NCBI RefSeq assembly: GCF_035594765.1
Contig: NW_026943821.1
Span: forward strand, 15,593,608-15,657,607
Source: Anolis carolinensis
Lineage: Eukaryota
Length of the DNA: 64,000 nucleotides
Direction: 5' to 3'
Of this stretch, positions 1 to 12,385 are shown piece by piece. The translations under genes and the position numbers were made by a program. Under the pieces are notes generated by a model. That model ran no database searches. It worked only from the letters and a program-made list of their open reading frames with translations, and had not been told where the DNA came from. The number at the start of each line of letters is the position of its first letter. Position 1 is the stretch's first letter.

Positions 1-112
1 TTTGAATTATATGATCATTCTGTTTTACCCAAAACCCACGTTTGTTGGTGAGAGACAGTTTGTGAATTTTAAAATAAACCAACTTATGAAGAACTTATGC
101 CACGTGACTTAC

Positions 113-337
113 CTGGATGAATTTGTTATTCCAGAAGGTGATCTCTTTATGAATAGCAACACTGTGACTTGTTGCAGAGCGAAGGTTCACTTCCCCAACC
201 TTCACACCGAGAACGGAGTTATTGGGCAACAGGATCCAATTTAAAATATCGAAAGTTGCCATGTCTTCAGTCCCGTCAAAAATGGCACCCTCCACCGAAG
301 TTTTGTTGTAAAGTATTTTCTTAAGGAACCAGTGCAG
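113..337 (-). CDS. V2R-A exon 4
   Basis: 225 nt; LHWFLKK...FDILNW...WNNKFIQ; GTAAGT donor. Confidence 0.9.
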
Positions 338-3300
338 CTGAATATAGTAAAGAATATGTGTGTATTGTGTATTATGAAGTATCAAAAATTTCTTTATTGT
401 GGGAAGTCTTTGAAAGTTGGAAAAATGTGAAAAACCATTATAATATCAATCAGCAAGAAGAAAATGTTGTGAACTTTCAATCAAATTGGTGACTTGAAAT
501 ACAGTATGGCACCTGTATCTGTGGAGGATATCTCCATGAACTTACTCTGGCAACTGGAAATTGGATAATAGCAAGTGACATCTGCCGTGGAGGATCCAGA
601 AAATTCTGATAGATGTATACTGTCTTGGAATTTCCTAGGTCATCCAGGATGATTCTGTGTAATGTGCAGCAGACACGTGGTATAGAATCACCTGGAGGAC
701 CTAGACAATTCCCAAAAGATGCCATATATTTTTGGATATGCATCGGTGGATCCATGTCTTGGTCCTGTGGGCATGGGTTTCATATTACAGTAGAGTCTCG
801 CTTATCCAACATAAATGGGCCGCAGAACGTTGGATAAGCAAAAATGTTGAATAATGAGGGATTAAGGAAAAGCCTATTACACGTCAAATTACATTATGAT
901 TTTAAAATTAAGCACCAAAACATCATGTTTTACAACAAATCAACAGAAAAAGCAGTTCAATACACAGTAACGTTATGTAGTAATTACTGTATTTACGAAT
1001 TTAGCACCAAAACATCTCAATGTATTGAAAACATTGACTACTAAAAGGCAGACTGCATTGGATAATACAGAACACTGGATAAGCGAAGGTTGGATAAGCG
1101 AGACTCTACTGTATAAGTTGTAATGTACATCCCTAAATCTCAGAATAATTACACAACAAATAAGGATTAGTATCAGATTTTGTTGGTTTGCCTCATGTTT
1201 TCTGATCCCATTTTCATCATTTGCAAGGGCCTTTTAGATGTAAATTTGGGGACCATTTGGCTTCTAATTGTTGGGAATCATCCTGGACTACTCAAGTCTA
1301 GATGTAGTTAGATAGATGATAGAGTTAGATTGAGGGAATCCTTTCCCTGTTTCCAAAGCATGCCTAGACAGGCTTTACTGTGTTTCACTCTATCCTGTGT
1401 ACGTCACGTCTCTTACTTTGAAGTTAGTAGAAATGTGAATCTTTAGGGACACTAACTTCTCATTGGTCAGAATGTCTTTTATGGCCCCTATAAACTGGAC
1501 CATGAGGTTGGAACCATTTTGGTTCTCTCTTCTCCCTTTGTTCTTCAAGCTGACAACACGTCCTGCCATCTCTCCTGGCAAGATGTAACTATTTAGATGT
1601 TTGCTATTTTTCCTTTCTTATTTTTCCTTAGAAACCAGTCTAGAGTAGACCAGACAGCTCTCAAGCCTTTATATCTACAATGGAGTTCTTTTTTACCTGA
1701 ATAAATACTTTTTGAACTTTTATTGAGACTCTGCAGTCCATTGCAATCCTAAATGGTCAAAGGCTTCTCTTTGCTCGCCCCGTGTAAGTAACTGTTGCAT
1801 TTGAAAGCTTTGCTTTTGCTACTCTGCTGATTTTTGGTGGAATCTCCCCCAGAGAGGGTTAAATTGAGTCTAACCGCTCAGAGATTACCACAACACTTAT
1901 TACTGACCCCACACAAATAACATCTTGTCATGGAAGAGTGGGATCAAAATGTTTCAAAATAAATAAGTAAAATTGTCTTTCTGCAAACACACACACATTA
2001 CAACATTACGCTGGCTCTCAGTGGCCTCAGGGAAACAGCCATTCCTTTCTGTTTCACAGTGTGGTTGTCAAAAAGAAAGGACTCACCTGCCAGAGTGGGA
2101 CAATCCCAAGTTTCAGACCATTCTCCCCTTTTTTCTGCTTTGATCTGTCTAAAAAAAGATTGTGCAGGGCTTTGGCCACACCAAAAACTGCTTTGCAGAT
2201 ACTGTAACTCAGGGGGCTCATGTTCATCTCAAAATGGGATGCATAGGCACCATCCAACTTCTCCTGACCTGTGCATGGCCCGTGTTGTAGTTTTGCAGGC
2301 AGAGCGTAGGGAAGAGGCAAATTGCAGTTGAATACTTGGCTCCAGAAACTCTTAATGAAAACATCATTACGATATTTGTTTGGAGTTACAGACTGGAGAA
2401 AATACCGGAACCCTGGAATCTCTTTTTGATGGGAAGCAAAGGATAGGGCACCAGAGAACCGTCCTTCATATATATGTGGATTAGTGTCCCAGTTTGCTGT
2501 AGTCAGCCACACTTTCCCTGCCAAAATCTCATGTGTATGCCAATATATGTTTTCAAGGAAGTTGGTGTTGCCATAGGCAAGCACCACTTTGCAGGATGAT
2601 CTCCTCAGCTCTTGTGTTTTCTGATACAGATCAATCAAAAATGTTAAAACATCGTGGACGAAAAATAGAAATTCATGGCAGATCCCATTCTCCTCCATTT
2701 CCTTTTTTTGTTTTTGCAGGAGGTTCTCACTTCTGTCATAAGATACGACAATAAGTCCAATCCAAGTCCACTCAAAGTGAAGAAGCAACTGGATTATGCC
2801 CACAAGATGGAGTTCATCACTTGAATATATTTGATACAAGGAGGGAAATTCAATGTGATTTCCTAAGATAGAGTCAGAGGAGCCATAATTAATCTGTGGA
2901 CACATAAAGAAGTGTCAGATGCTTTCCCGATAAGTTGGTCCAGCAAATTACAGCAACATATCTATTGCTGTGAACATAGATTGGGAATGTATCTACACTG
3001 TAGAATGAATGCAATTTGACACCACATTTAACTGCTATGGCTCAGTACTATGGCACCATGGAAGTTTTAGTTTTAGGTCTCTAGCTTTTTTGGCCAATTA
3101 CAGTTGGAACCTCGCCAGACTACATCTCCTATGATTCTATCGAATTAAACCAAAGCAGTGGTGCCAAACCACATTAGATATATCCTAAAACTTGGAAAAT
3201 CCAAGTTGTAGTCTTCATCTGAGACATGAAACCAATTGAGGAAACTTGGAAGAGTCAAACTGTTTCAAATTGATATGCACGACAGGATGGTTGTAGGAAT

Positions 3301-3532
3301 AATTAGACATAGGTATCACAGCAGACAAAAGACAGGTCATAAATATAACAAAGAATTTTTTAAAAACCCTCTGGATCACAAGATTTTCAAAATTTTGTTC
3401 TATTAGCTGAATTTGTATAGTAACAACAACTTTTAAGGGCCAGATTGGGCCAGATTTCAACATTTTGTTTAAAGAAAAATCATGGAGCATAAGCAAGTTC
3501 TCCCTCTTTGGAATAATAATAATAATAATAAT

Positions 3533-3563
<31 letters not shown>

Positions 3564-6500
3564 GGAAAAACTCAGCCACTATCAGGACCTCAAGATTGAA
3601 CTTCAAAGACTCTGGCAGAAACCAGTGCAGGTGGTCCCAGTGGTGATGGGCACATTGGGTGCCATGCCTAAAGATCTCAAACGGCATTTGGAAACAAAAT
3701 TACAAAATTACAAAATTGACAAAATTATGATCTGTCAACTCCAAAAGGCCACCCTGCTGGGATCTGCACGCATCATCCGAAAATACATCACACAGTACTA
3801 GACACTTGGGAAGTGTTCGACTTGTGATTTTGTGATATGAAATCCAGCATATCTATCTTGTTTACTGTGTCATACAATAAAATAATAATAATAATAACAA
3901 CAACAACAACAACAACAACAACAATCACTTTATTTTTATATCCCACCACCATCTCCCCGTAGGGACTCGGGGCAGCTAACATGGGGCCACGCCCAAATAA
4001 TCACAATAAAACAAATAAAACAAATAATATACAATCAGAACAAATAACATCATTTAATGTGCCTACATTGTACTAGAAGGCCTTTATTTTTTTATCGTGT
4101 CAGAAGCGAATTGAGAACATACTGCAAGCTGCTTCTGGTGTGAGAGAATTGGCCGTCTTCAAAGACGGGGGCTCACGGATATGTTACCATCTTGCGAGGG
4201 GCTTCTCTCATGTCCCTGCATGGGAAGCTAGAGCTGACAGACAGGAGCTCATGCAATGTCACGAATTTCAACCACCAACCTTCAGGTCAGCAGTTCAGTT
4301 GTTACAAGGGTTTAACCCATTGCACCTGGGAGATCACCTTTTCAAAATAATAGTAAAACTGAAGCCGCTTTGTTGGTCTATCTCCATTGCCCAGATTGTA
4401 AGTCACAGAGGACTTTGTTGGTCCTATTCAGATGACTTCTGAAATGGTGTGATCCATTCATCAAAAAGGTCTTGATGTATTTTCATATTGCACATGTTGA
4501 CCATGGGTCCTGCAATAATGTTGAATAGCTGTATTCTGCTCTTCTCTGCAAGGACGTGCAGAAGCTCAACATCAGCATCTCCCCATAGGTTTCACTGTCA
4601 GATCATGCTGAAAGGGAATATAGAAATGTTCTTAGCCCTTACCTGTGGTATCTTGTAGATCCCCAGCATGTTGGCCATCTGAACAGATAACTCTGATGTC
4701 TGTGCCCCAATGACAGCCACCATTTTCTTTTGGCTTTGGCAATTGTAATTGGGAAATAGTCTGACTTTCCTTGCATTCCTCATGTTGTAAAATAACTGAC
4801 CATAACCATAACCAGACCCATTTCCATAGAGAGGTAGGTAAACTGGAGCGAGCTTGTCCCTCTCAGACAGTAGACTGATGACATTCTCATAGGTTTGGCT
4901 TCCACTGTAATAGTTGTCATACTGGCGAAATCCCAGAGAGATGTTGGGTAAGAAATGGGGGTCCTTGTTGATTTTCTCCACAGCGAATACAAATGCCAGG
5001 ACGTGCTGGTAGTTCTTTGATTCTGGGCTGTGGAGACAGAGAGAAAGGCAAAGAATTTCATATGCAACCGACATAGGATAATATTGAGTTGCTGTGAGTT
5101 TTCAACATTCTCTCCTGACGTTTCACGCACATGTATGGCAGGCATCCACGGAGGTTGCCATAGATTTGGGGGACACATAAGGAGAGAATGCTTCTCGAAC
5201 ATGGTCATACAGCCCAGTAAACTCTCAGCAGCCCAGTGATTCAGATCATGAAAGCCTTCAACAACAGGTTAATATTGTTGTGGTTAGTTCCACCTTCAGA
5301 AGACTTATTCAATTAATTGTGGAATTTTAGGTCAATGCATAGGCAAATTCCACTGAGTGTCGAGTCTCCTCTGGACAGAAATAACAATAGGACTAAAGCA
5401 ATAAAAGGCTGGTCTACTACCATAGACACAGGATGAAGAAGCCCTGTTAGAAGAACTTCTGACTAAATGGCCTTGTTTGGAGCTGTAAACAGAAATATAG
5501 AGAAACACAATGGCCTAAATGATTAGAAATGTTTTAATGTAAGAAAAGGTCAAACTTAGAACTTTTGAGGCTCTAAGTCAGGGGTCCTCAAACTTTTAAA
5601 GCAGAGGGCCGGTCCACAATCCTTCAGACTGTGGAGGGGCCGAATTATCTTTTGGAGAGAAAAAAACGAACAAATTCCTATGCACACTGCACATTTTTTA
5701 TTTGTAGTGCAAAACAACAACAACAATGAAAGAACAATACAATATTTAAAAATGAAAACAATTGTAACCAGCATAAACCTATCAGGATTTCAATGGGAAG
5801 TGTGGGCCTGCTTCTGGCCAATGAGGTAGTCAAGTGAATTAGGATTGTTGTTGTTGTGTGCCTTCAAGTCATTTCAGACTTTGGGCGAGCCTAAGTCTAA
5901 AATTATTTATTTATTCATTTACTACATCTATTTATTACATTTATATCCCACCCTTCTCACCCCGAAGGGGACTCAGAGCAGCTGTATGTACATACAATAT
6001 ATTTTATTATTAGCATAGCACAATATTAGCATTATATATTACTATTAGCTGTGCCCTGCCACATGTTGCTGTGGCCCATTGGAATTGCACTGAATAACTT
6101 CGCTGTTTCAAAGTCTGGCCGCTTTTTATACAGGGACCTCTTTCGTTGGGCTAGTTGAATGAGACGGAGTGGCCTGATGGTTTCCAAACCCGAGGGTGTT
6201 CCATGTAGGGGAAATCTTGGTTGGACAGGTTGAAGAGCAGTGAATAGTCTCAGTGCAGCAGGTATGAATGTTGGTACAGTAGAGTCTCACTTATCCAACA
6301 TAAACGGGCCAGCAGAATGTTGGATAAGCGAATATGTTGGATAATAAGGAGGGATTAGGGAAAAGCCTATTAAACATCAAATTAGGTTATGATTTTACAA
6401 ATTAAGCACCAAAACATGGTGTTATACAACAAATTTGACAGAAAAAGTAGTTCAATATGCAGTAATGCTAAGTAGTAATTACTGTATTTGCGAATTTAGC

Positions 6501-7983
6501 ACCAAAATATCACGATGTATTGAAAACATTGACTACAAAAATGCGTTGGATAATCCAGAACGTTGGATAAGCGAGTGTTGGATAAGTGAGACTCTACTGT
6601 ATTAGTTAACTTGATTAGTATTGAATAGGTTTGCCGCTCCCAAGCCTGGCTGCTTCCTGGCTGAGGGAATCCTTTGTTGGGAGGTGTCAGGCGGGCTTGA
6701 TGTTTTCCTGTCTGGAATTCCCTTGTCCTCTGAGTATTATTTAGTGTCCCGATTTTAGAGATTATATCGGTTTTGGGGGGGTTTTAGGCCCTGTGGAGGT
6801 TCGTGACGTAATATTTTGTGGTTTCAACCTTGAGGCATGGATGATGGATTGTGTTGTGAAATTTCAAGGTTGGGGGGTGTTTAGTTTTGTTGTTTTGCTC
6901 GGTGCCAGGATTCCATCACTCTTTTATATATAGAGATATTGAACTATACCACTATACTGTAATATTATATGTAATATATATCGTATAATTAATATTATGA
7001 TATGGTATTATTAGTATTATATTGTATAACATTATAATATTATTATCAATATTATATGTATATACAATATATTATATTATTTAAAAAGATATTAAAATAT
7101 TATATTATAAAACTGAGGGCGGGGGCCAGGTAAGTGACCTTGGAGGGCCGCATCCGGCCCCCAGGCCTTAGTTTGGGGACCCCTGCTCTAAGTAAATGCT
7201 AGGCATTCAATCTCTGTAACCAGGGCTGATATTTAATTTTGGTCACCAATAGCTTAGGTTTTTTTTCCTTTTAAAACTGTTTAAACAAAATTATTCTTTT
7301 ATATCCATATTATGGTAAAATTAACTGCTGTCAGCACTCCAAATTAAATACCTCTTGCATTGGTTTGAACAACCTGTTGTCAACACTCCAAACTGTTAGC
7401 ACCCCGTCTATCTATTTTATGTATATCGACAGAAAGATTAATCTTGCCTCAACAACTGCTTAGCACAAAAGATGTGGGCTGAGTGTTATAGGAAAATCTA
7501 CGCTATACAATCAGGAGCTATAACATATAATCTGGCTAAAAGGTTGACACTCAGAGTGATGCTTATACATGAACCAAATGGCCAAAAATTGACTTCCTGA
7601 GACTCTGGCTGGATCTACACAGCCATATAATGCAGTTTTAAATGGTAGTGGAGATCCATCTTCTGCTTCAGACTTCTCTTTGTACTATCAAAATATTTAT
7701 TATCTCAGCCAGCTAATAAGAAACAGAATTCTTACATTGTTGGAAACTTGTAAGGAGAAACTTCTTCAGGACGTCCTTTATAATTTTGCCATGGAATATT
7801 TCTATGAGATAACGATAATGCACCACCAAGAATGAGATCCCCATTTTTGTAGTAACCCTCTGCGTAGGATCTATCTGGATCACACTGTATCTCTCTCCTC
7901 TTGCCTGTCACGTGGGGTAAAAGTAATATGATGAAGATCAGGAAAATCATGACAGGAGCAGGTGATGATTCTTCGGATTTCAT
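113..7983 (-). CDS. Vomeronasal type-2 receptor (V2R, class C GPCR), copy A; 3'-partial (exons 5-6 lie left of the window)
   Basis: Exons 7983-7736, 5027-4643, 2893-2087 and 337-113, all with GT-AG boundaries and consistent phases (2,0,0). Signal peptide; motifs [57 protein letters not shown]. Confidence 0.93.
788..1111. mobile_element. Tc1/mariner-superfamily MITE (TIR CAGTAGAGTCTC(A/G)CTTATCCAA, TA TSD)
   Basis: Terminal inverted repeats and flanking TA. Further copies at 6277-6599, 10094-10416, 17183-17490, 18599-19417, 19774-20095, 26084-26400, 31742-32549, 48043-48861 and 54993-55300. Confidence 0.9.
1269..1895 (+). mobile_element. Solo LTR (family shared with 59086-59704)
   Basis: TG...CA ends; 5-bp TSD CTAAT/CTTAT; internal AATAAA; near-identical copy at 59086. 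Confidence 0.85.
2087..2893 (-). CDS. V2R-A exon 3
   Basis: 807 nt open; INYGS...PLWQ; GTGAGT donor. Confidence 0.92.
3557..3885 (+). mobile_element. R4/Dong-clade non-LTR retrotransposon, 3' fragment in an (AAT/AAC)n microsatellite
   Basis: Same sequence as the 3' end of 14334-15112; flanked by AAT/AAC repeats. Confidence 0.8.
4085..4335 (-). mobile_element. tRNA-derived SINE with Vingi-type 3' tail (ACASINE2-like)
   Basis: Tail GGCCAATTCTCTCACACCAGAAGC...CTGACACG(A)n. Other copies at about 13950-14185, 27070-27282, 33980-34220, 42015-42270, 42280-42450, 46140-46390 and 50872-51140. Family name from memory. Confidence 0.7.
4643..5027 (-). CDS. V2R-A exon 2
   Basis: CAG acceptor, GTAAG donor; [17 protein letters not shown]...YKIPQ; 385 nt. 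Confidence 0.92.
5088..5266. mobile_element. Penelope-like inverted-repeat remnant (degenerate)
   Basis: Matches the hairpin family at 45193-45372, 47901-48941 and 54677-54903. Confidence 0.7.
5579..7185. mobile_element. Non-autonomous hAT transposon (TIR CAGGGGTCCTCAAACT)
   Basis: TIRs plus a perfect 8-bp TSD CTCTAAGT (5571-5578 and 7186-7193). Confidence 0.9.
6046..6936 (-). mobile_element. Non-autonomous Helitron nested in the hAT
   Basis: 5' TCTCTATATATAAAAG; 3' hairpin GCCACAGCAACATGTGGC followed by CAGCTAA (variant of CTAG); same termini as 35587-36051. Confidence 0.8.
7736..7983 (-). CDS. V2R-A exon 1 (signal peptide)
   Basis: ATG at 7983 (alternative at 7950); hydrophobic leader; YYKNGDLILGG; GTAAG donor. 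Confidence 0.88.
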
Positions 7984-8489
7984 CTCCTAGACAAACAGAT
8001 TCTTATTTTCAGAGTGTTTAAAAAGGGTAATAATAACACGAGATCTATCTGCAACAGCTCAACATATCTTTAAAGTGGAACTCAGTTCTGAATAACATAG
8101 TATTTATAAGGGACCTATCTATGATCTCAGTCCTATCTGGGATAATTTTTTCTCTCACACATATTTGTAAAGTGTGTTCAGAGTGTTGCTTTTAGCACAG
8201 AAACAAATCACGATAACAATCATTTCACGGTTCCCCAGGCAGATGCTGATTCCAAACATATCATTTTGCGTTTTGCAGTTCCCTGGTGTTATTGACTTAC
8301 CATTGACTATTTTGATGTTTCAAGACAACAACATTTTCCAGAACTTCCCACTTGTGCAAGTTTTTGCCTCATTGTGAAACCTAAGAAACTTTTATGAACA
8401 ACTACCAAATTCTGAATAAACTCAATTCCAAAAAAGTTTTTACATTTTGAAGTGCTTGATTTTATTTTTAATTATGCATAATGATGATG

Positions 8490-8920
8490 GGCCAGGCCTT
8501 AGTACAGCAGGTTCATCACCGAGCTGCAATAAATCTTGCCAACCAGAAGGTTGACAGTTCAAAACCCAGATCAGGGTGAGCTCCTGACCTTTAGCCCAGC
8601 TTCTGCCAACCTAGCCATTCAAAAACAAATGTGAGTAGATAAATAAGAACCACATTAAAGCTGGGAGGTATTTAGGCTTGGTGTTTTGAACAGAAAAAGG
8701 AGGAAATTTATGACCAAAGAAAGCTCTTTGGCAGGGAGATGGAGCGACACCACCCCAAGATACTGAAAGATGGGAAAGCCTATATGCCTCTATCTGTTGT
8801 CTGTCTTTTCATTGTTATAATTGGCATTGAACATTTGCTGCATATGTGTTCTGTGATCCACCCTGAGTCCCCTTCAGGGTGAGAAGGGTAGAATATAAAT
8901 ATTGTAAATAAATAAATAAA
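8490..8920 (+). mobile_element. tRNA-derived SINE with L2-type tail (Anolis SINE2-like)
   Basis: B-box-like GTTCAAAAC; tail CCCTGAGTCCCCTTCAGGGTGAGAAGGG...(TAAA)n. Copies at about 16505-16725, 38516-38755, 40480-40950 and 57055-57280. Confidence 0.7.
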
Positions 8921-10093
8921 TATGGCTGAGTCATTGAAACTGTGAAAATAGAAGAATTCAGAGGGTGTGCAGCTTCAAACGTGTGAACTCTTGAGGGGAG
9001 CATGAATGAGAATGGGGACAAATTGGGAGGAGAGACTTTGGACATATTCAATGGGCTGCTTTTTGGCAATGGCAACAGGGGCAGCTCCATAACAAAACTG
9101 GCAAAATAAACCCTGCTGGCACCCCGTCTTTCCATAGCAATCCATGGGGACACCCAGCTGCCCGACACTTCCGCCTGTGTGATGAGGTGGGGGGAAATGG
9201 GATGGTGTGGGGAGCACGGTGGTAGGTTCCCATTGCCCTCTGGGCAGGCACCACTGGAATCACCACGATCTGTGGCTAAACTCTATGATTTACAGAAGCT
9301 ATAAAGCCCCAGGTGTATTAGCTAAAATAGACAAAACCCATAGAGGGGGATTACTGGAGATGTAAAAAAAAAAAAAAAGAAGAAGAAGAAGGGTATTTCT
9401 TCCCTTTTCTGGCTCTCCTGCACCACCAGAAACCTCTTTTTCATTCATTTCTGGGTTTTGACAGCTTGAATTTGACATTTGACAGTTGTCAAATCACATG
9501 TGGAGCTCCCTCTCTGACCCCCTGCATCTCCCTCTAGTTCTTCCTATGATCGCCACTGTCCTTCCAGCACCACTCCGGCCTTTCCCCCAACTGCCGCTGT
9601 CCTTTCAGCACCACACACCTCTGGTCTCAGGAATGGTTGGCACTGCTTTCGTTTTCTCTTGCCTCTAAGCTCGAGCATAAGGGGGACTCCCATCCTGTCA
9701 GAATGGCTCTCCACCAAGACCAACTTCTGGCAACAATTGGCACAAAAAGTCCTAAATACCACTGATTTATGCCTGTCCAGCAGCATCACCACCACTGACT
9801 GTTTAACAACTTGAAATGTAGAGTCACATCCTGCCGATAATTACATTTCCTCAGCTCCCCCCCTCACAAAAAAAGCTTTTTTAAAAGCCAAGAAATGGTT
9901 AACAGATAGCAGAATTCCCAGCAAATGACATCGGTTTTGTCAAATCTGGAAATTTCCTCTAGGATTACCCTTATAAAGACTTACATGCCAATTGTTCCTG
10001 GAATATCATAGTACCTGCTTTGTACTTTAGTGGGGAAAAGATTTATTCCCACTCCTTTCTCTGTCCTAGAAGTTTTATGTTCCCCAGTATATA

Positions 10094-10416
10094 CAGTAGA
10101 GTCTCACTTATCCAACACTCGCTTATCCAATGTTCTGGATTATCCAACGCATTTTTGTAGTCAGTGTATTCAATACATCATGATATTTTGGTGCTAAATT
10201 CGTAAATACAGTAATTACTACATAGCATTACTGAGTATTGAACTACTTTTTCTGTCAAATTTGTTTTATAACATGATGTTTTGGTACTTAATTTGTAAAA
10301 TCATAACCTAATTTGATGTTTAATAGGCTTTTCCTTAATCTCTCCTTATTATCCAACATATTCGCTTATCCAACATTCTGCCGTCCCGTTTACATTGGAT
10401 AAGCAAGACTCTACTG
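10094..10416. mobile_element. Tc1/mariner MITE copy
   Basis: TIRs and TA TSD. Confidence 0.9.
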
Positions 10417-10757
10417 TAGATACAGCACATTTTATGTTTTTGGTTGCTCTCTTCAAAGCAATGTGAGACTCATGACAATGTGAGAGTTTTACGTGCTATT
10501 TTAACTGTATTTATTATATCTTAACTGTATTTTAACTTTTCAGTACTATTAGTTTTTTAATGTTTGTATTTGCTTTGCTTTAAACTGTGATCAGATTGTG
10601 TGGTGGTTAGCTGCCTTGAGTCACTTTGTGGAGAAAGGTGGGGATGAATAAAGTTAATAATAAATATATTAATTAATGAATTGTACAATTTGGGCAGAAA
10701 TCTATGTTGCAATTCAATTAAACGTGCAAGAGACCATCACATAACATTTTGTAGAAT

Positions 10758-11301
10758 TGTTAGGGATTCCTCTTCTTCAGAAGAGGAAGGGGAGCAGAAA
10801 AGTGTTCATGAGTCAGAGGGGCAGTTGGAATCTGAAAAGGAGAGTTTGCAAGTACCCACATTTCAGGAGAGGTGAAAGAAAACAGAGCAGAGATGTCATT
10901 CAGCTGGAATAGCTGCCAGAAATGCAGCTGAGTAATTGGGAACCGCCCTAGCAGCTGTGAGGGAACTCAGGGCTATAAAGCAAAAGCAGGTGCAGTCAGC
11001 TTTTGCTGGAAACAAACTGACTCTAATGCCTAAGCTTTCACTCCCCTTGTGCCTGCTTCAAGTCTGCATCTGGGAAACTGCTGCTCCTAAGGATTTATTG
11101 CTGTTTCTTTGACTGAAGTAAGACTGCTACTTGATTTGGGAACTTATCAGAGACTTAAGAACTGTATTGCCCTAAGACTTCCTTGCTTTCTTTTGCATTA
11201 TACCACTGAGTGTGCTGTTCTTTATGTTTTGCTGAAGTAAAGCAGTTTTCATTTACTTACCACATTGTTTTAAGGCTGTTCTTGAAAGACAAAACTGGAC
11301 A
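10758..11301 (+). mobile_element. Solo LTR (Gypsy-like)
   Basis: TG...CA; perfect 5-bp TSD AGAAT; TATA-like CTATAAAG at about 10973; AGTAAA signal. Confidence 0.85.
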
Positions 11302-11477
11302 AGAATATGAAATTATACACTACACCATCCAAGCCCATTCCCATGTGGAATCTGAAGCAGCGGTGTGCAAAGTGCATCATGTTCACAATATGTAACCCTT
11401 TAGACTATTGATTCTAACACCCCTCCCCCCATGAACTTCACTAATAAATCAGAATGTTTCAGATCCATTTCTCTTTA

Positions 11478-12385
11478 TTATCTGTCGAAATATTTTCTGG
11501 TTATGTGCACTTTTTGGTTCTTATCTGGATGCAGTAGAAGGACATAACACTTAGGTAAAAAGATACAGCCAAGTAACCCAGCACTGGATGCCAAAATAGA
11601 GAAAATCTCCACAGCCATAATATATTTCCCTTTGGTACTGAGGTAGGCTGGAATGAAGGATATCCAGACCACACAGAAAACCAACATGCTGAAAGTGATG
11701 AACTTGGCTTCATTGAAGACGTCGGGCAGCTTCCTGGCAAAGAAAGCCACAATGAAGCTCACCAAAGACAAGAGACCCATGTAGCCCAGAATGGAATAGA
11801 AGGCAATGGGTGAGCCCTCATTGCACTCCAGAATGATGTGTCCAGGCTCTGAGTAGAAATCAGCATCTGGGAATGGAGGGGAGGTTCCCAACCAGACCAT
11901 GCAAATCACAGCCTGAATGAGAGAACAGACCATCACAAAGAAGTATGAAAGTCTAGGTCTCAGACATTTCCGTGCACCACTGCCTGGCTTTGTGGCCTTG
12001 AAGGCCAGAACCACGGTGATGGTTTTGGCCAAGATTGTAGCAAGAGAGACAGAGAAACTGATCCCAAAAGCTGTCTGCCGAAGAATGCAGGTTATTTTTC
12101 TTGGTCGACCGATGAAAAGCAAGGAACAGAGGAAACAGAGTATGAGGGAAGAGAGGAGGATATAGCTGAGATGCCGGTTGTTGGCTTTGACGGTGGGAGA
12201 ATCCTTGTACTTAATAAAGATTCCTAGTACCAGGGCAGAAAGGAAAGAGAAATAGAGAGCAATGGAAGCTGAAACTATTCCCAAAGGTTCCGCATAGGAT
12301 AGAAAAACGATGTGCTTTGGGATACACTTCTTTCTTGCTTTGTTTGGATAGAAGTCCTCTTTGCATTTCATACATGAATCCATAT
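11478..12385 (-). CDS. V2R-B exon 6 (7TM)
   Basis: 908 nt to TAA; class C 7TM motifs. Confidence 0.95.

Noticed and set aside
844-1044. Recurrent short ORFs (…[17 protein letters not shown]…) at 844, 18596, 19886 and 32295
   Set aside because: Translations of the same non-coding MITE.
11917-12165. Conserved plus-strand ORFs repeated at 11917, 24781, 18169, 33540 and 47364
   Set aside because: These are antisense shadows of paralogous V2R exons; their conservation is explained by the sense gene.
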